A stretch of 64,000 nt of DNA from Trichocoleus desertorum ATA4-8-CV12 (GTDB lineage: Bacteria > Cyanobacteriota > Cyanobacteriia > FACHB-46). Made by a program: the position numbers and the translations under genes. Within the stretch, counting starts at the first letter, position 1. Each line of letters begins with the position of its first letter. Of this stretch, positions 19,321 through 29,474 are shown in pieces. The stretch lies in the NCBI GenBank assembly GCA_019358975.1, contig JAHHIL010000019.1, forward strand, positions 1,473-65,472. Direction: 5' to 3'. The notes below the pieces were generated by a model. The model ran no database searches, was not told the origin of the DNA, and saw only the letters and a program-made list of their open reading frames with translations.

Positions 19321-21132
19321 TTAACCTGCTAGGAGAGCTTCCACAAACTCATAGCTAGAGAAGGGTCTGAGATCTTCAATCCCTTCACCTGCCCCAATAA
19401 AACGAATAGGTAGACCCAACTGTTGAACTACCGCCAGAGCAATCCCACCTTTAGCGGTGCCATCCAACTTGGTGAGAACAACGCCACTGAGTTGGGCGGC
19501 TTCTAGAAATACTTCGGCTTGCCGCAGTCCATTTTGGCCCAACGTAGCATCCAAGACCAACAAGGATTCAATTTTTGCATCACCTGCTTTCTTGTCGATA
19601 ATGCGTCGAACTTTGCTCAATTCGTCCATCAAGTTTTTCTTGTTTTGCAAGCGTCCCGCCGTATCGACTAACAGCAGCTCTGTCCCTCTTGATTGGGCAG
19701 AACCGATCGCATCAAAGACGACTGCGGCTGGGTCTGTATTTTGTCCAGGGTTGGAAATAACTTCGACCCCACTACGCTGTCCCCAAACCTTGACTTGCTC
19801 GACAGCGGCGGCCCGGAAAGTGTCGGCGGCAGCAATTAAACAGTTGTACTCCGATTTCTGGGCTAAGTGGGCTAGCTTCCCAATGGTGGTCGTCTTACCA
19901 GCGCCATTCACTCCTGTAATCAACCAAATATTTAAGGTGTCTTTTTCGGGTGCAAAAGTAGGGTTGTAGGACTTGCCCAACGGTCGATCCAGCATGTCAC
20001 GGAGGATCGACTTTAGGTAAGCGATCGCTTGGTCGGGAGGTAACGCTTCCTCCCGCAGTTTCTTCTGGAGGGATTCAATAATGCGGTCTGTGGCTGCTAC
20101 GCCCACATCGGCTTGCAGTAATAGCGCCTCAATTTCTTCGACGGCGTCTTGATTAAGTGGCCCTTGCCCCACGATCGCCTTGAGTTGGTTGACCAAGCTT
20201 CGACGAGTTTTGTCTAAGCCTTGGCGTAATCGCTTCAGCCAGGTGATTTCTTCAATCGAGATTTGGTCTGGACGGCGACCTTGGGCGGCGAGCACCTCTG
20301 CTGACCACAAGAAACCTTCATCAAAGACGATTTCAGGCAACGTTTCTTGAACTGTGGCAGTCGGCTGAGCCACTTCCGGTTTGGGTTCTTCAATGGCAGT
20401 GGCCTTAAGCCTTTCTAGCCTCGCTTGCCGATCTGCTTCTGCCTGTGCCCAGAAAGGTAGTGGAGCCACCTCAGCGGTGGAGCCTGGATCTTCCACAGGT
20501 GCTTCTAGGGATGTTTGTGGTGATACTTCTGGGGCGATCGCGGCGACTATTGGTTCTTCTGAAACTGTGGCGCCGACTGGCTCAGCAACTGGCTCAGCGA
20601 TCGCTTCCTCAATGGCTACAACGCTTTCAGGCTCAATTGGGGCAGGTACTTCAGTGGGTGCGGGTTCAGCGACTTCGGTGGTAACTTCGGCAGTGGTTGA
20701 AGCGATCCTAGGTTCCGCTATAGGCTCTTCTGGCTCTTCTATAGGATCTTCAGCCGTGGCTTCCTCTGCTGCCCCTGCTTCCTCTGCGGCCTCTGGTGCT
20801 TCAGCCACAGGCGCTTCAGTAGCGAGTTCCTCTGGTGCTTCTGCTACAGGCGCTTCGACTTCTTCTTCTACAGGCGCTTCAACCGCCACAGGCTCCTCGA
20901 CAGCAACTTCCTCCGGTGCTTCCTCTGGCTCGACCTGCTGCCGCTTTTGAATATTTTGGTAGGCTGCCTTCGCCCAGTTCAGGTAATCCTCCGCTACTTC
21001 TTCTGTAGCAGGTTCAGCTGCTTCTGGCTCAGTCAACTCCGCGTCAGATTCCTCCGACATTGTTTCTGTCTGATCAACCTGAGACTTTTCCGAGTTATCG
21101 TCAAATTGCCGACGGAACCAATTGAAAACCAT
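19321..21132 (-). CDS. ftsY: Signal-recognition-particle receptor FtsY with a long acidic low-complexity N-terminal domain
   Basis: NG-domain motifs GVNGAGKTTTIGKLA, DTAGRL and TKLDGTAKGG. The first 250 aa or so are E/A/P/V-rich repeats. Confidence 0.92.
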   Translation of the reverse strand: MVFNWFRRQFDDNSEKSQVDQTETMSEESDAELTEPEAAEPATEEVAEDYLNWAKAAYQNIQKRQQVEPEEAPEEVAVEEPVAVEAPVEEEVEAPVAEAPEELATEAPVAEAPEAAEEAGAAEEATAEDPIEEPEEPIAEPRIASTTAEVTTEVAEPAPTEVPAPIEPESVVAIEEAIAEPVAEPVGATVSEEPIVAAIAPEVSPQTSLEAPVEDPGSTAEVAPLPFWAQAEADRQARLERLKATAIEEPKPEVAQPTATVQETLPEIVFDEGFLWSAEVLAAQGRRPDQISIEEITWLKRLRQGLDKTRRSLVNQLKAIVGQGPLNQDAVEEIEALLLQADVGVAATDRIIESLQKKLREEALPPDQAIAYLKSILRDMLDRPLGKSYNPTFAPEKDTLNIWLITGVNGAGKTTTIGKLAHLAQKSEYNCLIAAADTFRAAAVEQVKVWGQRSGVEVISNPGQNTDPAAVVFDAIGSAQSRGTELLLVDTAGRLQNKKNLMDELSKVRRIIDKKAGDAKIESLLVLDATLGQNGLRQAEVFLEAAQLSGVVLTKLDGTAKGGIALAVVQQLGLPIRFIGAGEGIEDLRPFSSYEFVEALLAG

Positions 21133-21278
21133 TGCAATTTACCTAAAACTGCTATCTAAGGAAATATATAGATCTCGATAGATCTAACTGTAAAGAAAAA
21201 TGTTTGTACTTAGAACTAATCTGAACACTCAATTGAGCTTGCAGCAACTCAATCTGACTGGATTTTTTGCTTCAAAGT

Positions 21279-21902
21279 TTAGACAGATTGGGTTTTGATT
21301 TGATCCGTCACGCGCCGCAACACGCCATTGATGAAACGGTGTCCCTCACTCCCACTGTAGCGTTTGGCTAATTCTACAGCTTCGTTAATTGCGACTTTGT
21401 CTGGTACGCCCAAGTACATGATTTCGGTGACAGCAATGCGGAGAATATCGCGATCGATCCGAGCTAAGCGATTGAGTTGCCAATCTACTAAAGACTGGGT
21501 TAGCAATTCATCCACCGCTGCCGTATTGGCATTTAAGGTGCTGATCACTTGCAAAGTATAAGCTCGAACTTCTTTCTGATTTGTTAATTGAATCAGTTCT
21601 GGCAATTCAACTGCCATACCCATGCGATTAATTGCGGTTTGGGCTAGGTCCAGTGCTTCTTGAACCATCCCTCTAGCACTCTGAACATCACTGGCTCGCG
21701 TTTCGCTACTCAGCAAGCGATCGCTGCTTCGCTTAATTTCTGCTGCTGCGGTTTCTAGGATCTCCTGAACTTCAGTCGTTAGTGTGCGGACAGCGGCCAG
21801 CATGATGTTTTGTAGTTGCTGATCGTCCAGTCGGCCTTGGTTAGCAGGCAACTGGCTAATGCTGAGCAGGGAAAGTTCACGAGCGATTCGGCGAGCTTGC
21901 AT
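21279..21902 (-). CDS. nusB: Transcription antitermination factor NusB
   Basis: [12 protein letters not shown]..., [14 protein letters not shown], and [26 protein letters not shown]. It sits upstream of ftsY, as is common in cyanobacteria. Confidence 0.88.
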   Translation of the reverse strand: MQARRIARELSLLSISQLPANQGRLDDQQLQNIMLAAVRTLTTEVQEILETAAAEIKRSSDRLLSSETRASDVQSARGMVQEALDLAQTAINRMGMAVELPELIQLTNQKEVRAYTLQVISTLNANTAAVDELLTQSLVDWQLNRLARIDRDILRIAVTEIMYLGVPDKVAINEAVELAKRYSGSEGHRFINGVLRRVTDQIKTQSV

Positions 21903-21954
21903 GGAGAGTTAATTGTCCAGGTTCAGGAGCAGCTTGACTATCTTAACTCTTTCT

Positions 21955-22731
21955 TCACTCCTCTTCGAGCGGCAGCGTTAAGGCTTGCCATTGGGGTTCT
22001 GGTAGAGGGGGATCTAGTTTGCGATCGCTGGTGGGTTTCAAGGCCATCGTCGCTTGGGAGGTGGGGCTGACAATACCACCTGACACAATCACCTTAAAGG
22101 CATCTTCCACAGACAGCGAGAGGTTAACGACTTCGTTCTCGGGCACCACTGCATACCAACCTGTGGTGGGGTTTGGTGTGGTGGGAATAAACACGCCTAG
22201 CATCGACCCAGGCAAGTGTGTCTGAATGTCGCCGCTGATTACCCCTGTCACGAAGGCGATCGCCCAAATACCCCGACGGGGATACTCCACCAACACCACC
22301 CGACGGAAGCGATTATTAGAATCTTTGAGCAGCGTTTCTAGCAGTTGCTTTAAGGTTTTATAAACCGCACCTGCTAACGGAATCGCTTGTAACAACCGCT
22401 CTCCAAAATCTAGCAACCATCGCCCTGCAATGTTTCGAGCCATTAAGCCAATCAGCAAAATCAAGAGCAATGGCACCGTTAGGCCCACAGCAAAGTTGAG
22501 GAAGTTGACTAGGATGGGGTGAAAGCCGTCAAAAGGGTTAAGTTGCTTTGGGATGCGTGTCAAAAAGTTGATCACCCAATTCGCAACGGTAATCGTCAAC
22601 CAGATGGTGGTTGCTAAGGGGATGACAACGAGAAGACCTGCGATCAGATCATTCTTTAAGTCCTGCTTTAGGCGTTGGAACACAGACAACCCACTCTCCT
22701 TCAATCGGCTGGAAAATTTGGCTGCTATCAC
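21955..22731 (-). CDS. DUF502-domain membrane protein
   Basis: Two N-terminal TM helices followed by the conserved P..G.VY...KQ..... and VLVEYPRRGIWAIAFVTG motif. Confidence 0.7.
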   Translation of the reverse strand: MIAAKFSSRLKESGLSVFQRLKQDLKNDLIAGLLVVIPLATTIWLTITVANWVINFLTRIPKQLNPFDGFHPILVNFLNFAVGLTVPLLLILLIGLMARNIAGRWLLDFGERLLQAIPLAGAVYKTLKQLLETLLKDSNNRFRRVVLVEYPRRGIWAIAFVTGVISGDIQTHLPGSMLGVFIPTTPNPTTGWYAVVPENEVVNLSLSVEDAFKVIVSGGIVSPTSQATMALKPTSDRKLDPPLPEPQWQALTLPLEEE

Positions 22732-23092
22732 TGAAGTTATGAATCAAACCGAACGGTAGGAGTTTAAAGACTGAGATAGTCTATTCAGCCCAAGTTTTCA
22801 GGCAGTATTACTTCCATTGTGCTCTGTCGATTGATAACTCTGGTTGGCTTCCTGCGGGAATAGTGACAACTCAGTGCCTTCCTCTATTTGTAAACCTTGT
22901 AAAGATTTGTTTCAAGGTTTAATGTCTACTCTAAGGTTCACGCTTGGAGCTTCACTTAGGCCAACCCAGGGGATATCTTAGAGCAATTATTACTCGTTGT
23001 GGCCTGCTTTGTATCCGCAGATACTGCTTTTATTAATTTGAATATGGATCTGAATATTGATTTGATATTAAGGCTGCCCTGTGATGCCATCG

Positions 23093-23980
23093 TCAATTGA
23101 CAGTCACAGAATCTACTTCCGGAGGCTCAGCGATCGCCAAAACAGAACTTTCTGACACCACGGGTGGCGGCAAGTGCTTGATTTCCCAGGCTTTGAGCAG
23201 AATTAGGTACTCATAAAAAGCTTGTAAAGTACACCAAGCAAACCCAGCTCGGCCATCTAGAATGCCGCCCAGCAAGAAATACATGTAGAAAAAGCGAATG
23301 AGCGGCCTAAAGGGCAACCGTAAAGATAAATCTTTGAGTGCCCGACGTCGTTCCACTTCGGACGAGCCGAAAACTAGATCCTGCCACTTCACGGTGCCCG
23401 TTTCTAGCTGCTTTAGAGTTTCTTGGGCTTCGTCGCTAGAGTAGCGGTTGTGCTTATCAATCCAGCGACTTAAGCCTTTACCGCAGGTGTAGTGCGGATA
23501 GGTTTCTTTGAGGAATCCAGTGGGGCCATTACACACCTCGCGCTCGGTGTGGCCGTAGTCATCAAACCAAACTTGCTCACGACGGAAGAGCCGCATTTGG
23601 TAGCGGGGATATTGCGTACTGCGTCGAATCCACTGCCCCATAAACATGACTCGCTCAGCCACGTAGTAGCCGATGTAGTCCTGACTTTGCATCGCTGTGA
23701 GGCATTCCTGAAACAGCTCTGGCGTCATCCGCTCATCTGCTTCTAGGATGTAAACCCACTCATGCTTGACCGGTATTGATTGGAGCATCCAGGTTCGTTG
23801 TCGTCCGTGGCTCTCGAACCGATGCTGCACCACTCGAACGGGATAACGCTGGGCCACCTCTACCGTGCGATCGCTGCTCAAGGAATCGACCACAACCACA
23901 TCATCTGAGAGCAAAGCTGACTCAATACAAGCAGCAATCTCAGTTTCTTCGTTGTAGGTCAGGATGTAAATCGAGAACAT
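23093..23980 (-). CDS. Family-2 glycosyltransferase
   Basis: The N-terminal region (SIYILTYNEETEIAACIES...VVVDSLSSDRT) and ILEADE (DxD-like) match the GT-A fold. Confidence 0.75.
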   Translation of the reverse strand: MFSIYILTYNEETEIAACIESALLSDDVVVVDSLSSDRTVEVAQRYPVRVVQHRFESHGRQRTWMLQSIPVKHEWVYILEADERMTPELFQECLTAMQSQDYIGYYVAERVMFMGQWIRRSTQYPRYQMRLFRREQVWFDDYGHTEREVCNGPTGFLKETYPHYTCGKGLSRWIDKHNRYSSDEAQETLKQLETGTVKWQDLVFGSSEVERRRALKDLSLRLPFRPLIRFFYMYFLLGGILDGRAGFAWCTLQAFYEYLILLKAWEIKHLPPPVVSESSVLAIAEPPEVDSVTVN

Positions 23981-24111
23981 AGCTCAGCTTTTTTGATGAG
24001 GGGAGGTATAGTGCAGCAGAAACATTGCGTCAGTAGAGAGGCACCCCCCGTTTTAGGCATAGTTTTAGGCTATCGGCGCGCCTAAATTCAGACGACTAAG
24101 GCTACAAATCC

Positions 24112-24900
24112 CTAGCGAGCCGCTTTACGAGGCCCTGCTCCTAGTTGCCGCAATCCAGTCCACCCAACCGTAATGTACCCAATTGCTAGGAGCAAACTGC
24201 TCAGTCCTACTCGCAATCCAGACTTGAGAAACTCAGCGTTCGCCCGTTTTTCTAGATCGAGCCGACGAGTCCGGATTTGAGTTTGGGCATCTTTGGCTTT
24301 TTTGTCTAGCGCTTGAGGATCAGATTGGAGTTGTTGCTGAACTTGGTTCTTGAGAGCTTGAACTTGCGCCAACTGTTCCCCTTTGAGCTGCCCACTCTCG
24401 ATCGCTTGATTCAACTGGGAGTCACTTTTGACCAAGCTGTTGATTTGTTGTAATTGCTGATTGAGTTGCCCTTCCGCTTGTCCTGCTTCTTGAGAAATCT
24501 GCGCCCGGGTTTGCTGGTTGGCTCGATAGGTATTGCTGAAGTGTAGAGGAGACAACACTAGGAAGACGAAACCTAGGAGGCTCGCTAGCAAGAGAGAAGC
24601 AAAGCTGATGTTTTGCCAAGCTTTTTGTCGTCCTGGAGCGGCACCTGAAACACTGTCAACCCAAACCCCAGTGAATAAGAGGACAAAACCCAGTAGGGGT
24701 ACAACGCCGCGATCGACAATTTGACTGAAGAGGGCGATTTGCCATCTTAGTCCTTCCAAGCTGCTGAGTTTAGCGGGTACATCGGAGGGAACTAGCATCA
24801 CGGCGTAGTCGATCAGAGCAGCCAGAATCAGAATGATTCCCACGTATTTGAGCGTTTGGGAGGCGATCGCAGAGAGTTGGCGGCTATCAGTTGCTTTCAT
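24112..24900 (-). CDS. Membrane protein with a Gln-rich coiled coil; resembles the HpsJ family
   Basis: TM helices (LKYVGIILILAALIDYAVMLVP; VDRGVVPLLGFVLLFTGVW), then a QLNQQLQQINSL...QVQALKNQVQQQLQ coiled coil and a C-terminal TM helix. The HpsJ resemblance is from memory only. Confidence 0.4.
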   Translation of the reverse strand: MKATDSRQLSAIASQTLKYVGIILILAALIDYAVMLVPSDVPAKLSSLEGLRWQIALFSQIVDRGVVPLLGFVLLFTGVWVDSVSGAAPGRQKAWQNISFASLLLASLLGFVFLVLSPLHFSNTYRANQQTRAQISQEAGQAEGQLNQQLQQINSLVKSDSQLNQAIESGQLKGEQLAQVQALKNQVQQQLQSDPQALDKKAKDAQTQIRTRRLDLEKRANAEFLKSGLRVGLSSLLLAIGYITVGWTGLRQLGAGPRKAAR

Positions 24901-25460
24901 TGGGCTTCAAAGTGAGTTTAGTGATGGTCTGCTTCAAGCTGAGCTAGATTCAGCATACTCGTTTGTTATCCCAGTTTACTTGTAGGCAAACAGGACGTTA
25001 CGTCAAGTACAACCGCTAGCAAATTATTTCAGTCTAGACAAGTTAAGGTTAGGCGCTTAGAGGAAAATCCAAATACGCAATAACCGAAGTTTAAAGATTA
25101 TTTATCTGTTTCAGGAAATTTTTAATTCTTCCTAAAGTTGCCTTTAAACAATCATTAATTATTCATGATTGGTTCTTGAATCGGATAAATCTGTAAAGAG
25201 CCGCTGCAACTTCCCTGAAGCTTTTATAAATCTATCCAGAAGATGGATAGCTATATTTTGTGACGGATAGCGATCGCTAATCTAGCTGATTCAACTGGCT
25301 AGTTTTAGCCTATCTCTGCCTCTTTTCCTAGACATGGTTCAATAAAACGATTTGGCAACAAATATTTTACAACTTTGAATTTCTTGTTAACTTTTTTACT
25401 CTAAAGATCTCATCAATTTTTCATAAAATTTTTATCAAAACTAGTTCCGTTCAACTTGAA

Positions 25461-25877
25461 TCAGCATTTTTTGCCTTCAGCCCGCTGAAGATAGTGAACC
25501 ACTACAGGATTATCAATTCCTTTAAGCATTAAATTCTCCTTCTGCCAGGTCCAGTCAGGGATGAAAAAAGATGGCTCTAAATCGGCAGCAATAGCATTTG
25601 TGACTGCAATATTATGGCCGCTACTGGTTGCTTGCACCCGTGCTGCGGTGTTGACTGTGATACCAAAGTAATCTAGGCGTTCATTCAATGTTTCTCGTTC
25701 AGACAGTTGCAGTCGCTGGGCAATGAGGGGTGGGGTGGCACGGTATAACTCTCGGCTATCTTTCGTTTGAAAGAAGGCAACCAAGCGAGATTGAATTAGA
25801 GTGTTGACTGCATGCTTGTCTAAAGCGGTAACAGATTGGGCGATCAATCGTCTACGGTTCTTGGCAAATCCCAGCAT
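25461..25877 (-). CDS. Degenerate or truncated class III nucleotidyl-cyclase-homology domain protein (possible gene remnant)
   Basis: DYFGITVNTAARVQATSSGHNIAVTNAI ... LKGIDNPVVVHYL matches the C-terminal half of the cyclase homology domain. The N-terminal F.D..GFT metal-binding motif is missing (only MLGFAK remains). It sits in an AT-rich region. Confidence 0.4.
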   Translation of the reverse strand: MLGFAKNRRRLIAQSVTALDKHAVNTLIQSRLVAFFQTKDSRELYRATPPLIAQRLQLSERETLNERLDYFGITVNTAARVQATSSGHNIAVTNAIAADLEPSFFIPDWTWQKENLMLKGIDNPVVVHYLQRAEGKKC

Positions 25878-26215
25878 AGTTGTGTCGTTCCTGCCAGGTT
25901 TCCCCAGCGATGTTTTTTCGTGCTTGTTAGCAGTTAGTTAGACCCAACTTAGACTTAACTGAGGCACCCTCGATAAGCAACTCGATAAGCAACTTGTTCG
26001 CGATCGCGAACCCCACTTTGCTAGCCCACAGGCTGAGTTGATTGTGGTTAATGCTTAATTATTTATGTACTAAGAAATATTTGAGAAATCCCTGATGTCA
26101 GCATAATAAAACTGCATGACCCGCTGAGAAGCACAGGGCACCGTGAGATTTGGTAGTTAGATGTAACTACGACTTGATTTTTTACCCTGTCCTAGACCTA
26201 CCTAATCAAAAACTG

Positions 26216-26935
26216 ATGAACAAAATTGTAGAAGTTCTGCCAGATACCACAGCTCTAATTCAGCGATCGCTGGAATTGGTTGCAGAAAAAATTCAAGCGG
26301 CGATCGCAGAGCGGGACCAATGCACCATTGCCCTGTCCGGTGGGAGTACGCCTAAGCCTCTCTACGAAGCCCTAGCCACTCAAGATTTACCTTGGGACAA
26401 AATCCATGTGTTTTGGGGCGATGAGCGCTACGTTCCTGCCGACCACCCAGACAGTAATCAGGGAATGGCTCGTAAAGCTTGGCTCGATCGCATCCAGATT
26501 CCTGCTGAGAATATTCACCCGATGCCAACCGAGGCTGCTGATCCTGCGATCGCCGCTCAAGCTTATGAATCTCATTTAAGGGAGGTGTTGCAGGCAAGCG
26601 ACCAGATTCCAGCCCTGGATGTGATTCTTCTAGGACTAGGGGATGATGGCCATACAGCATCTTTGTTTCCGCATACAGACGCTTTGCAGGTGCAAGATCG
26701 ACTGATTACAGTCGGGAATAAAGATGGCCAACCGCGTCTCACCTTCACGGCTCCCTTAATTAACGCTGCTAGATACGTTGTGTTTGTAGTCGCGGGTGCC
26801 AACAAGCAAGCTGCTCTGGAGGAAATTTTTGCTCCCACAGCCGATGCCATGACCTATCCAGCTCGCTTAGTTCAACCCCAAGGAGAACTTTGGTGGTTAT
26901 TTGATGCTGCCGCTGGACAGGCCATAAATAGTTAA
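26216..26935 (+). CDS. pgl: 6-phosphogluconolactonase
   Basis: ALSGGSTPKPLYEAL, WDKIHVFWGDERYVP and LGLGDDGHTASLFP. Start set to the internal ATG 26216. Confidence 0.88.
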   Translation: MNKIVEVLPDTTALIQRSLELVAEKIQAAIAERDQCTIALSGGSTPKPLYEALATQDLPWDKIHVFWGDERYVPADHPDSNQGMARKAWLDRIQIPAENIHPMPTEAADPAIAAQAYESHLREVLQASDQIPALDVILLGLGDDGHTASLFPHTDALQVQDRLITVGNKDGQPRLTFTAPLINAARYVVFVVAGANKQAALEEIFAPTADAMTYPARLVQPQGELWWLFDAAAGQAINS

Positions 26936-26994
26936 GATTGAGTACTAGCTGTCTGGCTATCCCCTGGCATGATTCCGGCAGAAGAGAAACTTTC

Positions 26995-27756
26995 ATGATT
27001 GTCTGTCCCAATTGCAACCATCAAAATCCTGAAGGCGCAGTGCAGTGCGAGGCTTGCTATACCCCGTTACCTGCCACTACCAACTGCGCTAACTGTGGTG
27101 CAACCGTACAGACAGACGCTAACTTCTGCGGTCAGTGCGGCTTTAACCTACGCACTAATACCCCGCTCCCTAGTGTTGATGAAACCTCTATGCCCTCCTT
27201 TGCGGGAGCGGCCATGCCGGGTAGTAGCTCATCCGTTCAGCCAGATCTGGAGCCAGATCTATTTACAACTAACTCTCAGGAACTAGGAGGCAATGAATTA
27301 GGCAACAGTTTTGCTGCTGCCCCTCTTCCTGCATCGCTAGGTAAGGAACTGCTACCGCCACCCGTTGCGAGTGACTTTCCGGTGCCCCCTCCGGTTGCCT
27401 CTAGCAACCCTAGCACTCGGCTGCAACAGCAGACCGCAAAGCTACTGCATTTACGCACCGATACCACTCTGGAATTGCCACCCCATTTGTCTCTCATTCA
27501 CATCGGCAAGGGGAACGATCGCATTCCTCCAGACATTGACTTATCTGGGTTTCCTGACTCGGAAATTGTTTCTCGCATTCACGCAGATATTCGGCTGGAG
27601 GGAGATGCTTTCTACATTGAGGATGTGGGTAGCTCCAATGGCACTTACATTAACAACCTGCTGCTGCCCTTAGGCAACCGCCATCGTTTGCGCTCAGGCG
27701 ATCGCATTTCATTGGGTAAGGGCGATCGCGTCACCTTTTTGTTTCAGATTTCTTAA
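26995..27756 (+). CDS. Double-zinc-ribbon, Pro-rich, FHA-domain protein (FraH-like architecture)
   Basis: The N-terminus (CPNCNHQNPEGAVQCEACYTPL...CANCGATVQTDANFCGQCG) is followed by a Pro-rich linker. The C-terminal FHA domain reads IHIGKGN...VSRIHADIRLEGDAFYIEDVGSSNGTYIN. Anabaena FraH is described with this architecture. Confidence 0.65.
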   Translation: MIVCPNCNHQNPEGAVQCEACYTPLPATTNCANCGATVQTDANFCGQCGFNLRTNTPLPSVDETSMPSFAGAAMPGSSSSVQPDLEPDLFTTNSQELGGNELGNSFAAAPLPASLGKELLPPPVASDFPVPPPVASSNPSTRLQQQTAKLLHLRTDTTLELPPHLSLIHIGKGNDRIPPDIDLSGFPDSEIVSRIHADIRLEGDAFYIEDVGSSNGTYINNLLLPLGNRHRLRSGDRISLGKGDRVTFLFQIS

Positions 27757-27961
27757 TGTCTTCTTAAGACTTTTGTAGAATTCAAATTATTAGGGAGCTA
27801 GCTAACCAACACCTAGAACACCTTAGTTTGGTTTGCAAACAATAAATAACTAATCTCTCATTTTACCGACCATGAATTACCATCGATGGGTGAGAAAATC
27901 GTCGAACAAAATCGAGTTAAGGCCACCATAGGATTAGGATTGTAGAAAAGCTTTTAAGTTA

Positions 27962-29434
27962 TTGCTGTTTCGGCTGCGATACTTCTGTTATTTCAGATCT
28001 AGCATCACCAGTGTGATTACTCTGACTCTCCTCCATCCTCTCCAGCATATTCCGGTTCAAACCTGGGTCTTCGATCAAGAGCCAGTAATTCGAATCGGGC
28101 GGTCAACGGACAATCATGTTGTGCTCTACAGTGCGGTGGTTTCTCGCCACCATGTTGAAGTGCGGCGTAATGGCTCTAGTTGGGAAATCGTTAGCATTGG
28201 AACCAATGGTACCTACTTAGAGGGCAAGCGCATTACACAAGCGCCTGTCATTGATGGGGTGATTATTCGTCTTGCCCGTTCTGGGCCGAATATTCAGATT
28301 CGTATTGGGGCCGAGGCAATGAAAGAACTGCCTAAAACGCTGTCTGGAGAGCGCACCTTGGCTCAACAAGCCCGCACCAAACTGGACGAAGACTCTAGCG
28401 ATGTTCTTGAGGAAACTAGCGCTCAAGCGAGTCCAATTCCTGTGCCACCGCATTTGCGTCTACCTGCTCCACTTGAGGAACGTCAGTCTACCCAAACTGC
28501 TCGTGAGAGAAAGGTTTTTACTCTTTATAGGGAGCAGCAACCTAAATCTACTAAAGTCTCGACAATTCCAGTGACCGAGGTGCGTTGTCAGCATCAGCGG
28601 GCTGGCCCGGAGCTACGTTTTTGCCTAGACTGTGGCGAACCGCTGCAAATTCAGCAGCTCCTGGGCAAGTACCAAGTATTGCAGACGCTGAATCACGGCG
28701 AAATGGGCATTACTTACTGGGCTTGGCGGGATGGGCAGAGTGTCGTTCTCAAAACCTTAAATTCCGAATGGTCGGATCATCCCCAAGCCAAAGATTTATT
28801 GGCGCAAGAAGTAAATCTGCTCAAGCAATTTGACCACCCTAGTTTCCCCCGGTTGATTAATACATTTGCGCTGTCAGGGCAACCCTATTTTGCAATGGAG
28901 CTGATCCACGGTCAGAGCTTAGCTCAGGATGTAGCGGTAAATGGCCCTGTCCCTCTGGCTCAAGCGATCGCTTGGATGACAGAAATTTGTGAAGCGCTCG
29001 ATTATCTCCACAACCTCACGCCTCCAGTTCTGCATCGAGACTTACAGCCCCAGAATTTGATTAGACGGACTGTTCCGGTGAATGGGCATGCACTTGCTTT
29101 AATTGGGTTTGGGTCAGTGAAAGTTGGGGCAGCTGAACCTGGCAAACCCATTGGCACACCGGGGTATATGGCTCCAGAACAGGAATCGGGGGAAACCTCG
29201 ATCGCGTCTGATTTATATGCTCTCGGTCCGCTCTTGATTTATTTACTCACAGGTGATCACCCTAGCTTGTTTTATGGCTATCGGGATCAGGGTGCTAGGC
29301 TCTACGCGGAGTATGTCCCTGACTTACCACCTGCTTTAATTCCCATCATTCGCACGCTTACCAATCCTCAGCCAGAAGAGCGCTACACAACTGCGCGTGA
29401 GGTGGCAACGGCGATCGCAGAAATTGCAGTCTAG
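27962..29434 (+). CDS. FHA-domain, zinc-ribbon Ser/Thr protein kinase
   Basis: FHA domain (IRIGRSTDNHVVLYSAVVSRHHVEVRRNG...GTNGTYLEG), a zinc ribbon (CQHQ...FCLDCGEPL), and kinase motifs VLKTL, HRDLQPQNL and GTPGYMAPE. The true start may be GTG 28013. Confidence 0.85.
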   Translation: MLFRLRYFCYFRSSITSVITLTLLHPLQHIPVQTWVFDQEPVIRIGRSTDNHVVLYSAVVSRHHVEVRRNGSSWEIVSIGTNGTYLEGKRITQAPVIDGVIIRLARSGPNIQIRIGAEAMKELPKTLSGERTLAQQARTKLDEDSSDVLEETSAQASPIPVPPHLRLPAPLEERQSTQTARERKVFTLYREQQPKSTKVSTIPVTEVRCQHQRAGPELRFCLDCGEPLQIQQLLGKYQVLQTLNHGEMGITYWAWRDGQSVVLKTLNSEWSDHPQAKDLLAQEVNLLKQFDHPSFPRLINTFALSGQPYFAMELIHGQSLAQDVAVNGPVPLAQAIAWMTEICEALDYLHNLTPPVLHRDLQPQNLIRRTVPVNGHALALIGFGSVKVGAAEPGKPIGTPGYMAPEQESGETSIASDLYALGPLLIYLLTGDHPSLFYGYRDQGARLYAEYVPDLPPALIPIIRTLTNPQPEERYTTAREVATAIAEIAV

Positions 29435-29474
29435 GATCGAAGTGACAACTCAACAGTTCTAGACAGGATTTGGC

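Noticed and set aside
20381-20950. 189-aa and 79-aa plus-strand ORFs rich in Ser/Ala/Gly/Thr
   Set aside because: They are antisense translations of the low-complexity acidic repeat region of ftsY. The open frames are a by-product of the biased composition.
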